A DNA stretch of 64,000 nt from Rhodosorus marinus CCMP1338 (lineage: Eukaryota > Plantae > Rhodophyta): positions 2,790,001-2,854,000 of the forward strand of contig JAMWBK010000002.1 of the NCBI GenBank assembly GCA_029953675.1, written 5' to 3'. A model generated the notes under the pieces. It did no database searches and was not told where the DNA came from. It worked only from the letters and a program-made list of their open reading frames with translations. Below are positions 47,312 to 60,615 of the stretch, one piece after another (positions within the stretch are counted from its first letter, which is position 1; every line of letters begins with the position of its first letter). Made by a program: the position numbers and the translations under genes.

Positions 47312-47857
47312 TTAGACAAAATTATCTTCTATGATTGGATACATGGCGGTGGAGCAATCAAAATTTGCGTGGGTGCGGTGGTTGATCAGTTCTTGATCTA
47401 GTGGATGGTCGGCACCAGCTGAGCCCCTGTTGGCGAGGATGGAAGGACTTTTAGCGCGCCTTGTGGAGCGTAGTAAAACAGTATCACCCGAATTGATACA
47501 ATAGCGAAGCGTGCCTGCGATAAAATAAGCAGCCCAGAAACTGTTGTCATAGCTCTTCCCTCCCTGTGGGTGCGTCTGGGTGCACACAGCGATGGACCTG
47601 GGGGGAGGGATCGGATTGACTTCATTTGGGGTGGGAGGCGAATGTGCTTTTATGATAAGATGTGCAGAGGACTGGATACGATTCGGTGTCCTACCTTCTG
47701 TGTGGAATGAGCGACAATGTACATACCCTTCGTGGTAAATATACATGTCGCATTGCTGCAGACGCGCATGCGAGGACATGCTGGGGCTGTTTGGGGGGCT
47801 TGGCACACCAGACGGGGCACGCTCGGGTCCGGCAGGGATTCGGGGAGCTCTTGACAT
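47312..47857 (-). CDS. Hypothetical protein or pseudogene fragment
   Basis: 181-codon ORF with a globular-looking C-half (DNSFWAAYFIAGTLRYCINSGDTVLLRST...DHPLDQELINHRTH). An overlapping ORF in another frame (47650..48078) suggests a frameshift or unresolved introns. Confidence 0.4.
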   Translation of the reverse strand: MSRAPRIPAGPERAPSGVPSPPNSPSMSSHARLQQCDMYIYHEGYVHCRSFHTEGRTPNRIQSSAHLIIKAHSPPTPNEVNPIPPPRSIAVCTQTHPQGGKSYDNSFWAAYFIAGTLRYCINSGDTVLLRSTRRAKSPSILANRGSAGADHPLDQELINHRTHANFDCSTAMYPIIEDNFV

Positions 47858-48507
47858 ACCCTCGGGCGGATCAAGCAGCGATCTTGCATTGGTGCGTATA
47901 TTAGACCCTGCAACTCGCCTCTGTGTCCCTCCGCTGGGTCTCCACGAGGGAATCGGCTTCTGTTAAGCACTGGCAAATTTGTTGTCCAAATAGGTTGTCC
48001 CTTGTTGAGCTTGTTCGATCCGAAGTAGGGTTCCGTCGCCTTAACCTTATTAACTGTAAGAGTATTTCTGTTATTCAATACAAATTAAATGATCAAATTC
48101 CTGTTTCTTTCACGATGTTTCTGGGTATTTGCAGCAGACTTCAGTTGAAAATCTCCCCGAACAAGTGACTCCTCGTTCTTGGTTTCGCATCCCCCGGAAA
48201 AGACTGTTTTCTGATATCGCCCTGTCGGTTTCGTTCAAAGACATCATGGTGGCCACCTTTTAACATTGCTCCTTTCCTCCTTGCCGCATCTGCCAACCAC
48301 GGAGTTTGGCTGCCAATCTCGCCCGCAACGTGTTTTCACCCTGTGTACTTTTTCGCGGTGATCCCGCTTTCCTAATTTCTGATCTCCTGGTGAGAGAAGT
48401 AGTCCTTCTTGAAACTAACTATCCCATCGACTCCACTTGCAAGAGTCTCACTCAGTACAGTACTTGATGCGCGCACAAACATCTTAGCTCCTTTCTTTTG
48501 ACAGTTT

Positions 48508-51350
48508 CTAAAGACGATTTTTCCACCAATACCGAACACCGAAGAAAGTCACAGCTGCTACTGAGACGAACGTCGTAGTCCAAAATATGTACCTGACCAA
48601 TGAAAGAACGTGGTCAGAAGCCGTAGTCGGAAAACCGTTACGTCCATCGCAGTTCCGACCACTCCTGTATTCTCACTACAGTTCGCATCTATTATGAGAA
48701 AATCGCATTACCTCAAATTCTGTATTGAATTCTCTCTCAGCTGATTCTTTTCTTCTTCCGTCAGTGGCATTGACTCTCGAGGAGCAGAATTCGAGTTGCC
48801 AAACTCTGCAAACGGTGGGAACGGTAGGCTCGGGTCGAGCTCTTTCGCCTTGGTGAAATAGTCTATCGCCTTGTACGTGTCCTGTTGAACGCCATGACCA
48901 TTGATATACATAACACCAAGATTGTAAAGAGCGTTCGCATTCCCTAATTCCGCCGCCTTCTCCCACCAGTCCATAGCCTTCTGTACATCAGTCTCCACCC
49001 CTAGACCCTCCTAATTCAGAAAGCACGCAAACGGAGTTCCATGGTGAGCTCGTCTGAACAACTTCGAGTATTATTTTCCAGGGCAATTATTGCTGTACCT
49101 GATACAAGAGTCCCAAGTGAAACATTGCAATGTCATTCTTGTCTTTCGCCGCTATTTCATACCAACTAGCAGCTTCCTTGAAGTCCTGTTCGACAACAAT
49201 ACCTTTGGAGTAGAACAGGGCGACCTATATCATTCACAGTGGACAAGAGCACAGAAGCACTTAGAAACAAAGCTGCGCTCGGTGCTGAGCTGCGAATGTT
49301 CTGCGCGACACCAGACCTGCATCGCAGCCATCTCGACCGATTCCACACCCTTTGCCTTTCCAGTAGCGATCGCCTTGTAGTATTCTAACAGATCCGCGAG
49401 TGGAATATCGCCGTTGTGCGTAGATGCATCTTGTCCCATGCGGTCCTCTCCCACACTCTCCAAAACCTCTTTCTCCAGTTCTCGCATGAGCTCTTCCTCT
49501 TCCCAAGCTTCCAACCCTGTCTCATCGGCTTCCCCATCTTCGAGATCGGCAAACAACCTGTTCGCTTTCTGCATCTTGTTCACGTCAAGTTCAATGATTT
49601 CTTCATTGGCATCACTCTCTGTCGCCTGTGGTTTAGTTTCAAACTTCACTGACGTTCTAGAGATACTTTGTCCAGGTGCCTGCTCGTCTCGCTGGTCGCC
49701 AACTATTAGCATCGACCAAGCCTTTCCTTCCGCTTTCTCCAACTCTATCGTAATCGCTCGGGTGCTGTCCTCACCCTCAATTTGCCAAGTGAGGCCGTTC
49801 TCGGAGACGTCAGAGTGGAGACTGCCCTCCAGAAGAGGCGCGCGACCTCGCTGCACAACACTTATTGTTCCTGCCTCTGCACTCACTTCAACCTACAGAG
49901 CAAAGCAAACGATACTTAGCCAGATGACTCGTCTGATTACACAAGAAGGAGATGCGATCCGTCGTATCTCACCGTGAAGTCTTTGGCTCGGACCCCAGCT
50001 TCGATAGGAATGTAAATCATCACTGCAGCACTATTCTGCGACCATGAGTATTCAAATTTGCTCTTCATCGCCATGTGTTCCTCCCTTTCGGCATCTTCTT
50101 GAACCTTCGACTTGACAGACTCCAGAAGGGACTGAATGGCTGATTCAACCAACATGCGCTCTTCTTCGGGATTCAATCCTTTTGTACATAAATCGGCCTC
50201 AACCGGTGCAGCAGCAACATCCTGCGCTGATGCTTCTACTTCTGGAGCTGTGTTCTCTACTAATCCCTCCTCCTCCTCCTCCTGCGGGTCATCTTTAGCC
50301 TCTTCCAGTCCCTCACAGGGAACCTCCTGGGTAGGCTCTACCGGGGAAACCTCCGCCTTCTCTGTTTCCTCGGGGCCCGCGGCCTCTTTCTCGTCCTTGC
50401 TCGAAGGTGATTCTGCGTCGATCATCTTGCCAGGCACCTCCTCATCCTTCTCCGTGTTCGTTGATGCCGGTATGGAGGAAGAAGGGATCCCTTCCGATTC
50501 AGAATCATTTTTCCTTGGTTGATCAACAACGTCCAGCAATGGACTCCGGTCAGGGTTGCCCTGATGCTCGGTAGACGGTGATTCTTCGGACTCAGGTATC
50601 TCGGTATCAACCGCTTCCGTGCTCTCGCATATGGCCGGTGTAGGCGTTGAGGAAGAAACATTCTCTTCTGGCTCAGTTTCATCATCCTTAGTCTTCGTTT
50701 GTTCAGTGACATCTGCTGGCTGTTCATCCTCATTTTCATCGACATCAACTGCTGGTTTACCCATGCCATCTTGCGGTGGGAGCTCCTTCGTATCTTCAAC
50801 TGGTTGGCCTGCAGAGGAGGGGTCTTCTGGTTCATCAGAGGGCTCGGCTTCCTGAGTAGCTGCGGCCTCGACTGTGATCGTACCGCTCTCCATTGCACTC
50901 GAATCCTTGACAGCGGTTGGTCCTTCCTCGCTCGCTGGCTCTCCATCTACAGATTCTGACGGCTCTTTCGGACTGTCGTCGACTCCGTTCACGTCCATGG
51001 GCTCGTCAACCTCAGCCGTCGCGCCAGGTTCTTCCGCCTCTGTGCCCTGGCTGGAGCTCAGATCCGGCTTTTCTAGCTCTTTCATAACTTCCTTTGCTGG
51101 CAGTAAGGTTTCATCCTCTTCAGAATCTCCCTTATTATAGTTATCTAAACGAAAAGAGGACAAGAACCATCAGGCTCAGCGGTCGAAATCGAATCAGCGC
51201 ATTCTCAGAAACGGGATTTTCAATTTTCCCAGCCTCAGTGATGCAAATGAACTGACACGTTGCTGTACCTCCTCCGTTCTCTTCTGGCCCATCACTCAAC
51301 ACCTCTCCTAGCTCTGCCCCAGGGACAACCTGCTCGCCCTCAACTTCCAT
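48508..51350 (-). CDS. Acidic low-complexity N-terminus + CS (p23/NudC-like) domain + 3 SEL1 repeats + C-terminal TM anchor, multi-exon
   Basis: CS: FEYSWSQNSAAVMIYIPI...LLEGSLHSDV..GLTWQIE..ITIELEK..W. SEL1: ALFYSKGIVVEQDFKEAASWYEIAA, AMFHLGLLYQEGLGVETDVQKAMDWWEKAA, ALYNLGVMYINGHGVQQDTYKAIDYF. Last exon YIFWTTTFVSVAAVTFFGVRYWWKNRL*. Confidence 0.87.
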
Positions 51351-52080
51351 GCCCTCGAAGAAATAAACTTGCAATCCACCTTCAACAAATCAATGCTCGT
51401 TCAGCTCCTCTCATTCCCTGCAACTCCGCTAAGCCTCCCACCGTTCTCCCCTCCCAACTCGAAAAGCCAACAAATCTAACCCGTTTCCTTGAAAAGCGTA
51501 AACGCAGGTGCCCCCGATCAGTAATAGCGTCTCCATCCACTCCGTGTTTCACGTCACTCTGCCACCACCCACGGCGGATGTCTCTAAAAAATATCTAAAA
51601 TCCATAGTCATTCGTATACAATATATAGTTTCCCACTCAAAAATATCCTTGACCATCCAGCGGGTGGGACAAAAATATCCTCCTTCCGATGTGAAATCTT
51701 TAACCCCCTCCAAAATCATTTTTTTTACTCAAATACAAATATTTGGTACAATTTAAGAGTTTTACTTTTGCATATCGACCCCTAGGAAGGGATACCGTTG
51801 CTTTTGAATCAATGTCAACCAATGCAGTTGGGGGTAAAATTTGACCGAAACGGATCTATCGTAAAAGGTGGTTTGTGCATGGAAAATATCGTTATTCTGC
51901 ATCCGATATTTAGACCACATACTCCTTTTTTGGGACGATTGGAGCTGTTTTGTGTCAGATTCCGTTTAAATAAAGGATTTGGTCCACTTTCGACCGGTTG
52001 TGAATCACAAGCTGTGATGAAGAGCGCCATCGTTGAGAGATGTGTTTTCGCGCAGATACACTGAAGGTTTGCATCATCCA

Positions 52081-52650
52081 AGAGTTGTGGAAAAGCAAGC
52101 TTTGGTGCAGCTTAACCTCCACGGCGAAGTTCCCCTTTTGCTGGTCGTCTTCCGTTGTGAGCAGAAATAATATTGATCAAGCTCAGTGCAGGTTTCTTGA
52201 AAACCAAAGATTATCCCAGAATCTGGAGTTTCAGGACTGAGTAGCGCATGGCATCTATTCTCCTCACTTCCGTTAGTACGTACAATGAGAACCCCTGAGT
52301 CGTATTGAACACCATGATCCGTGGCGAACTTTGCCCTGACTATCCGGGGACAGGTTGGAACCACAGGATACTAAGCAATCTCGTCTGTTGGTTCATCAAG
52401 CAAGGCTTGTTGGAGTTGCTCCACTCTTTTGAGCCATTTTAGAGTCTCGTGAACTTTCGAGAGTTATGTAAAGCAAGCTTCGGTGCAGCTTAACCTCCAC
52501 GGCGAAATGGCGTTTGTGTGCAAGTTCCCCATTTCCCCCACAATCTGTAATTTCAGGACTGAGCTACTCACAGAACTTATTTTTCGAACTTCAGTTGATC
52601 GTAGGCTCTCATACGCGCAACAAAAACTCCATGAGTCGTATTGAACATCA
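52081..52650. repeat. Decayed tandem duplication (offset 320-380 bp)
   Basis: AAGCAAGCTT(T/C)GGTGCAGCTTAACCTCCACGGCGAA near 52093 and 52471; TTTCAGGACTGAG near 52229 and 52551; TGAGTCGTATTGAACA near 52296 and 52632. Confidence 0.85.
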
Positions 52651-54555
52651 CCAACCGTCGTCATCAGCTCCTTGGATGAGATACCTGACACCCTGTCAGA
52701 TCTCCACATCTGACGCATTTCCCGGAGACGACACCGCATGGCAAACGAAACCAAGCTTGATGAAGACTACTCTAGCTTTTCAAGGGAGTGAATGCAATCC
52801 TGGATTCGCTGAACACGACGCCTAAACCATTTCGATCCCGGCAGTGTAGAACTCCAACGCCCCAGTTCGTGGTCCGCTCTACTCTAGGTTATACCCCAAC
52901 TGCTTAGGAAAAATGCTTTTTCTTTTCATATAAATAATTGAGACCAAAACGACCAATTCATAGATAATAATAAAACGACTTTTTAGGGATGAAAACGATT
53001 AAAAGACAATATATTCATCCAATCATATACGAGAATCGGTTTTGCTTTGCGAGTGCAACTTCAGGTTACAAAAAAACTCAAAATATATCAATTCAAAAAC
53101 TAAACATATTCAATATTTGATAAAAATTAGGGAGAAACATATCCATTAAACTCACTTCAATAGTTTAGATACGTCATGCTGCACAAAAACAAACAAAAAA
53201 GGTCTTTTTTAAGGTATCCGAATAGAACGGGACCAAACCATTATCGTCCCAGAACACTCTCAGACCGGATTTTTTGGCGGCAAAAATCCCAAATATGTCC
53301 ATACTGGGATTTTATACTCACTTAAAGAATATTTTTAGGACAGAATTTAGATTTTTGGGTAAACTAAAATAGACGTGTCAGGTTTGGCCGATCAATCATA
53401 AGAAGAGGCTTTATTCTATTGGAGAGGCAGCATTGAATGCTTTATGATACTATTTATAGTTTTGGTATTCATTGGTCATCAAGTTCGGGAAGTCAGTGTT
53501 TCGTATGGCTATTGGACAATTTCTCATAGGCCCATGAGGATTTCCCTTCCCTTGATTAGTGATAAATCACTTTTATGGTTGAAAATTCCGCTGCAGTTGA
53601 TAAAATACAAAATAGAAGAATACTATTGACCAATATTGTGCTCTCTACAAAGAATAGTTTAATTTTAAACAGTTTTTCTATACCTATACAAATGTTTCAT
53701 TTTCCTCTAAGAATTGCCCACGCGAACTTCAGGAACACCCTTAGGGGCTACGGAAAACAAAAATCCCCAACGGCTTAATCGCAACGAAAACAATATCCCC
53801 ATTCCAGAAAATCCAAAAAACGTTAAATGCAGTATTTATGAAATATTTTGTGCGATCACTACGATTCCATCCAGTACCCTCAAGATACCCATAAATGTGT
53901 CCAACGTAAAGAAAAAAAACTCTGTGACAGATACCCCCTATGAAGTTATCCACCCGAAAATAGGCTCCAGCCAGGACCGGAAAACAAACCCACCAGAATG
54001 CAATTTTAGAAGAAGATTATTTTTATTTCTAGAAGATTTCTTGGATATGTACCTCACATGATATCTCCCCTCATAATTTCCGATTGCATCATCCATCAGT
54101 TCGGATATTTATTATTTTTCGGGAAAAATCCCGAAGGGTCCTCATAATTTTTTTGGTTTGCTTACGAAAAACGAGTCCAAATTCAATCTTTTTTTTCCAC
54201 CTTTCCCCCCCCTCCCCTTGGTTGGGGAGTTTGTTTGCGGCGGGGGGGCGATGAAAAAAAAGGGAATTGAGAGAAAAAATTACTGTCTTCTCTCTTCGAT
54301 ATGGATATCAAAGCGCTTTGCGGTCACCGCTTATTATACGAATGGGTGAGGCAACCCAGGGGGGGGGGGAGGAAGGGAATACATATTGGGGTGAAGTGAG
54401 ATAGGTAAGGGTGGTGAGTTGGATAGGTGAAGTGTGTAGGTTTCGAAGGACAATCGAAGAGCGCTCTAGTGGAGGGGAGGGGAGGGGATTTTGTGATTTA
54501 GTGTAGAGGGGAGTTTTGAGTTGGGAAGGTTTTGTTTGTCATGTGACGAGTAGGA

Positions 54556-55256
54556 ATGGGGAACAGTGAATCTTCGAGTGGTGGGGTGAGGAGGAAAACC
54601 TCGGTGGGATGCGGGAAGAACAGGAAGGTGATGAAGAGAACGTGCTTAGGGAAGGACAGGAAGTATCTGGCGGTGAGTCAGTTTGCGCCGTATCAGGCTT
54701 GGGTTTGCCTTAGCCGTTTGTGGCTGACTTTGGGTTCTGCGTTTCTTTTAATTTCTCAAGGAGAGTAGTAGAGATAATTCAATTGTGGGAGCAGAACTGG
54801 AAGCGCCACCGATTAAGTTAATGTCCCTAGACTTTCAGGGCCCGCAACCTCCGATGCCGAAGAGCTCGGTAAGCTCCGTGAGAAGTTTTCGTAGGTGCTC
54901 TTTGAACCCTGTTTATGACTGACTCTTTTGGGATATGTGTGTTCACTGTGGAGCAGGCAGAAATCGGAACTCCAGTTTTCGATTTGGTAGATGGCGAAGA
55001 CGTGTGCCCGACATGCTTGGAAGAGTATGCAGATTCCAATCCCAAGATAGACACTGCCTGTGGGCACGCGTTTCACCTGGTAGGACATATCGCATGTTTA
55101 GTTTGTGGATCAAAGCTGAGCTAAAACACCCGCTGACTTGCTAGAGTTTCTCTGAATTTTTAGTCTTGTATCCTGGAATGGTATGACAGGAACCCCCATT
55201 GCCCGATTTGCGCGAGAAGAATGGAGTTCGCCGAGTTGGCGTCACGGGCATCATGA
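54556..55256 (+). CDS. RING-H2 E3 ubiquitin ligase (RHB1A-like), probably N-myristoylated, multi-exon
   Basis: EDVCPTCLEEYADSNPKIDTACGHAFHL|SCILEWYDRNPHCPIC across an intron; N-terminus MGNSES. Confidence 0.92.
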
Positions 55257-55949
55257 GCTGTGATCCAAAGCTACCCTCAAGTTCGAAATCCAAGCTTGTA
55301 TCGTTGTGCTTTGAATGTCGTGCAGACAAGGTGAACCCGGTATGCCAGTGCTGAACCAGCGGTGCGGACATCTTGCTACGGAGGCCGTAGTGCTGACGTT
55401 CTCGAGCGGAGAGGGGCCCTATTATTTTCTATTGTTGTGAACATATTAAAACGTGTTTAGGAACTTCCAGCTAGCCCTGGTCCTCTGCTCTTGCTTTGGC
55501 AACGGCTGAGGGAATTGCCTTTGGTGGGGTGGGACTTCATCTAGCTGATCCTCTTGCTTTTCTTGCAGAGAATCGTCTGGCCGGAAGATACACCAAATAC
55601 AACCATAGGCGCAGACGAATCATGACCATGAAAAAAAACCCTTAATCGCTTCCTGTCTCCTGCAACGGAGCGCCCAGGGTTAACCACCAGCAGAAAAGCA
55701 GGAGCCCACTAGTTAGCGAACTCATGCTACGAAAGCTCGCTTAGAAACTATAAACTACTCGCGCTGCTTCGAACTTGGCGCAGGTGATAAGAGCTCCTGG
55801 GGATCAGAAAGAAATGTTTCAGAGCAACCTCTACTAAGGCGGTCGAGCTATGTCCTACACCCCAGTAACATCTTGAAAACGCGATCAATTGCGACGGTGT
55901 AGCAGAGGCCGGATCTGCTGCGTTAGTACGCGCACAGTTGTACATGCTT

Positions 55950-57000
55950 AACCACGGGTAAAGCAGAATCGAACATTTGAACGATGTTGGGCGGTTGGTG
56001 AAGCCCGGGGTAGAAGTTAGACAGCTGCCGAATCCTTTGAACGGAGCGAGGAAGTGGTAAAATGCTAGGTTTTAGCTTTTCACTTGGCGCAAGGTTAGGA
56101 TCTCCAGTACGATCTCGATCGAGATGGAATTGTAAGGGCGATTCAGTCGCTTCGTTTCGAGTTGAGGTATCTGGTCCTGGAGTTGTTCAACGGCTGAGGA
56201 TTCTCGGTTTTAGTTCCAGATCCGAAGGTGAGGATTTGTTATCGAAACTTGAATGATTGAATTCACATGAACATGTGCTGACAGGCCGGGCGACTCTTGT
56301 TCTGTGGAAAGGTTTTGTAGAATATCTGGGCAGTGAACTGGAAGCTCTCAACGGAATAGTAAAGAACTCATTCACTGAGTTGAAGCTAACCACGCGCGAC
56401 AATGGACGTACAATTCGGCGCAACCTCGTCTGTTTTGTTAGGGTACCAACGGAATACCACGTAACCTCCATTCCAGGGTTGGTAGGACAAACCGTGATGG
56501 GCACGCTTTTCTCACTAGAAACGAATCACCGAGTGATTTGTCCTCTTCTCAATCGTTTTTGTGATTCAATGTCTACAAAATTCCTCTTTTTGCATATCTG
56601 AGTTACACCTCTTCCCCTTCTTCTTCTTTATGGTCTCCTTGTCCTTTTGCTCCGACTGCTCACGATGGTTCATTTCTCCGCTCCGTAGCTGTCCCGACTC
56701 GAAGGCTCCGTGGTAACCCAAGTTGACGCGCTCGGAAAGGTGTCCGGCGGTTCAACTCTGGAGGACGATGACTTTGAGAATGTCAGCGAGCACGACCGGT
56801 ATCAGTACGATTGTAACATGTAGTCGAGATTGTACAGCTCTCAAATGCTTGTGGAGAAACGTTCTTTGATGCGAAGCTTCGGCCACATGAGGAAGTAGGG
56901 ATTGGCATAGCTTTGGAGATGTTACGCACGACACCTGTATGATTGCCTTTCGATCATTCGTCGCTTGTATGTTGCACTGGGTTCCTAGTAGTCGACCATC
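55950..57000 (+). pseudogene. Decayed coding relic of uncertain origin
   Basis: Protein-like fragments broken by stops (DLQYDLDRDGIVRAIQSLRFELRYLVLELFNG*, LWKGFVEYL...GRTIRRNLVCFVRVP, VTCSRDCTALKCLWRNV / KLRPHEEVGIGIALE). Family not determined. Confidence 0.25.
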
Positions 57001-57200
57001 ATGTATGAGGCGCGTGCTTTAGGGTTTTTGATCCAGTGATGGCAGTATTACTTTGCTAATGCAAAGTAAGCACCGTTTTAGCTCAAAAGCAGCGCCTCAA
57101 ACTAATGGAACAATGACGAACGATGAGTGTTTCCAGAATTAAAATAGAAATAATATATGTGATACAGATGTTCTAGAAACGTTGGTTTGGAATAGCGAAT

Positions 57201-59848
57201 CTATTCAAGGATGATTAATTCATCCTGCTCCACTGCACCGTACCTCCCTTCTGGCATCGTGTCGATATCAGCAAGGGGATTCCTCTTCGCACGAGGAAGC
57301 AGGCATGTTCTTGGCTCCAAGTCGATGAAAAAAGGGTCCTCCGTACCGGGAGAGCCACTGGAGTTTCCGTTTGCACCCGGCAGGGACTCATTAACTCGTC
57401 TTCCGCTTTCGACAAGATAATCTTCAATTCCCTTGGAAACAATTGCTTCTGCTGGTGGAAACTCCTCGGGTCTGACCGTCCGGACCACCTGCACTGCTGA
57501 TGAACGCTCTATGCAGACCTGAGCGACTGGCGCTGTGCACTGATCTCTTGGGCTGAATGTAGCATTATTAGTTGGTGGGGAAGCTAAAGAGGGCACGATT
57601 TGCTGAGATCCTCCGAAAGATTCCTCAGTGACGTGCTGTTGGCTGTTCGGTACCCTTATATTGTCTGTCAGGGCCCTCAGGGACTGTCCACCACTTCGCC
57701 TGGCATCCACGGATTGACTTCCGGCGGTTTCCTCCCGAGACACCCGTGTCTGATGGCTGTCATCCCCTCCCAGACTGTCCTCAATCGTGCCTGTTTGACT
57801 ACTGTCAATCCGCCGACGCTTCCTTGCCGCAAATCGCTGGTCGAAATACATTCGGTCCGTAAAGAGATAGTACATCTTACGGCTCAGATCAACTCCGGTG
57901 TGGCTGCGTGGAATGAGTTCCAGGAGAAATCTCTCGCCGGCTTCGGGAGTGGGACAGTCCTCGTACAACTTGAGGAACTCCGAAAACGTTCGAATGCCCT
58001 TGTTGTTGATTACTTTCTGGATCTTCGTCCTTCCGAAGCCTGTCCGGGATAAGTTGCGCGATGGTAGGATGTCAGCAACACGAACGGTTTGCAGCTGATG
58101 CCAAGCGACTGTGCGTGCAATCCGGACCTGGAATTTGGAGCATCATCTGCCAGAATACGTCCTCCATGCACGGAGCTTGGATCCGCTTCATTCTTTCATT
58201 CCACTGCTGAATAGTCTCTTTCTTATCCACGAGTTGCCTGAACGTCCTCTTGCTAAACCTCTTTCGGGCCCACTTGTGCATGTTCTGGTACAGTTTCATC
58301 GTTTCCTAGCACCAACGAACGGAACACGATTTCAATGAAATACTCGCTGGGGGGGGAAACTAACGACTGAGAGTTCCTGCCTCAACGCGTACCTGCAAAT
58401 TCGGAGTCTGGTAGACGAGAAACCCGTCCTGAGCAACTACCCGAGCGAGCTCTTTCCTAAGCGAATCTGGTGGGATGCTCTTCGCTTTCCCAATATCTCC
58501 CTCCACGACGAGAATAAGATTCTCCACTTCCGTCTTCCCCATAAAGTACTTCTGCCTCGAGTACCTGCCATCCAGGATCGATTCTTCCAAATCTGGAACA
58601 GTTTTCCTTTCGATAAGATAATCGAGTATGTACGTAGAACCGGAGCCGCCCTCACATGTCCGAGCGGCGAAAACTGCATCCCCACACTCCAGGACTTGCG
58701 CCTATGCGACAGCAGATGCGAGAGCCGAGGCTGAGATTCCTAGTAGGGTTGTCTTCAGTTTCAACTCTCAGCGTGTATGAGCTGACTCGCACCTCAACCA
58801 GCATTTCATCTCCATCTCCCTGGGAAAGACGACGCTTGAAGTCGTCTCGGCTGCATCCACCTCCGTGGATCTCTCTATTGTCAATGATCAGCTGGAGTTC
58901 ACAGCTGCCATCCTCGTCCTCGATGAAAGGGATAAATGGCTGAGATTTGACACATGATCATCACCATACGATGCTGAGAATACCTTGTCGGGTAAGGTTA
59001 GGGATGTTTGATGTTTCTAGTCACCTACCCGGCTGGATACAGTGCAGTCCAGCGGCCTCCGATCGACAGGTTCGTCTAGCGCTGCTCGCAATCTTGCGCT
59101 CTCCCGTGAGCTGAACGGTATAGTATCATCTGCGTTGAAGCTTGACACTTGCCGATGGTTTATGTTTTGTACCTTTACAAGGCATCTCGAAGCGACCTCT
59201 CTACCAGACGTAGTAAGAATGTACCGTCGTGGATTTCCCGAGGCCGAAACTAGACCCCTTTTAATAAGAGTTCCGTTCATTGAGCTCCATCCATCGTAAT
59301 AGTCTCCAGGTCTTTTTGCCTGCAAATGGTAGGCACCGTGCGACTATTGAGCTTTTGTGCTGAAAGGAGCGAGCGGTACGACCTTCTGCTCTCTGCTTTG
59401 ACGAATGCCCTACCTTGATGAGCGGCTCATCACAGTACTTCTGCGCAAGACCGATTAATTCGGCTCTTCCCAGACACGCGTTCTCAACTCCATTGTCGTC
59501 CTCCGCTTCAATCAGGGCTACCAGCATTCCAAATGGAGCGGAGCGAATCCTTGGGGAGTATTTTTTCGGTGCTCTTCCATTTGCCTGTGGAGGCGGAGCT
59601 TGGATATCTTCACGGCTCTGCTGTGATAAGCTGGTGGTCTCCCTGAAGTGTTTCTCTATCCTCGCAGATATGTATGGCCCAATCCCTTTTATTCCGCGCA
59701 CCTGCTCCACAGAGACAATCGAGGACTCATGTTTTTTCACAGATTTTAATGCCTTGGCGAATGCCCGCGAGAAATTTGCCCTCCCCTTAGCCTCAGCCTC
59801 TTCCGTTAGCTCCCTAAGGAATTCTGCAATCTCCGCGTTCAGCTCCAT
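57201..59848 (-). CDS. MUS81: Crossover junction endonuclease MUS81, multi-exon
   Basis: N-terminal HhH (AFAKALKSVKKH...RGIKGIGPYISARIE) and winged helix (YSPRIRSAPFGMLVAL; GWSSMNGTLIKRGLV). ERCC4 core GDAVF..., YILDYLIERKTVPDLEESILDGRYSRQK, LVVEGD. C-terminal HhH FWQMMLQIPG. Confidence 0.95.
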
Positions 59849-60615
59849 TCCCTCTACCCCATCCGCACCAGGCTAACCGATTTTCTCTTATGGATGAATC
59901 CATCACTTCCTCAACATGACTAATTCGAACCCCATTCGAACTAGGTCAGAACAAGCCCTCCGTTCAGTACCCATGGCGGCTGATTTATCCCCACTTTGCT
60001 ATCGCTCTTCCCACAGAGCGCTTTTACAGAGAGAGTGGCTCTATTTCCCAAACCCAGACCAGTTTAGAAAGCGAGGACCAAATTTCTTTTAAGAAAACGT
60101 CTTCGCTCCAGAGTGCTCTTACATAGGAGTGGGGATGGAGCTCGAGTAGGTACCAAAACGGCTTCTTTCACAAATCCCTCCATAAGCAACGATGTACTGA
60201 CTTGTGCTTCCCCGCTGCCCTTCCCCATCAAGCTTTACGGAATTTAAAAGTAACGGCGAGGAATTAAAAACCGGGCTACAGATCTGACTCAATATTGAAT
60301 TATTATTATAATTTCAAAGCAAATCGCCTCCCAACAACAAAATGATTGGCCGTCAATCAATAGAAGGCGACAAACGGATTGACAGTAGTCCAGATGAGCG
60401 AGTGCTGTGCGCGCTGGCTTCGTAGAATCGCGACACGAAACCGTGACATTTACGCCTCAACCGAAGACGTTAGGAGAAGAGGCTGTGATTACAAAAGCAC
60501 GGTAAAACGAAACACCAGAAGAAACGGATCAAGTGAGAAGTTCTGCCTTTGATCCATTCCCAAGGACTCACGCTTTTCTTGACAAACTGAAAAGATCTGG
60601 TCTGTTGATGTGATT

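Noticed and set aside
49414-50959. Long plus-strand ORFs (49414..49977, 50136..50522) and similar ones such as 35250..35993 and 11111..11842
   Set aside because: Antisense shadows of real genes with Ser/Pro-rich low-complexity translations.
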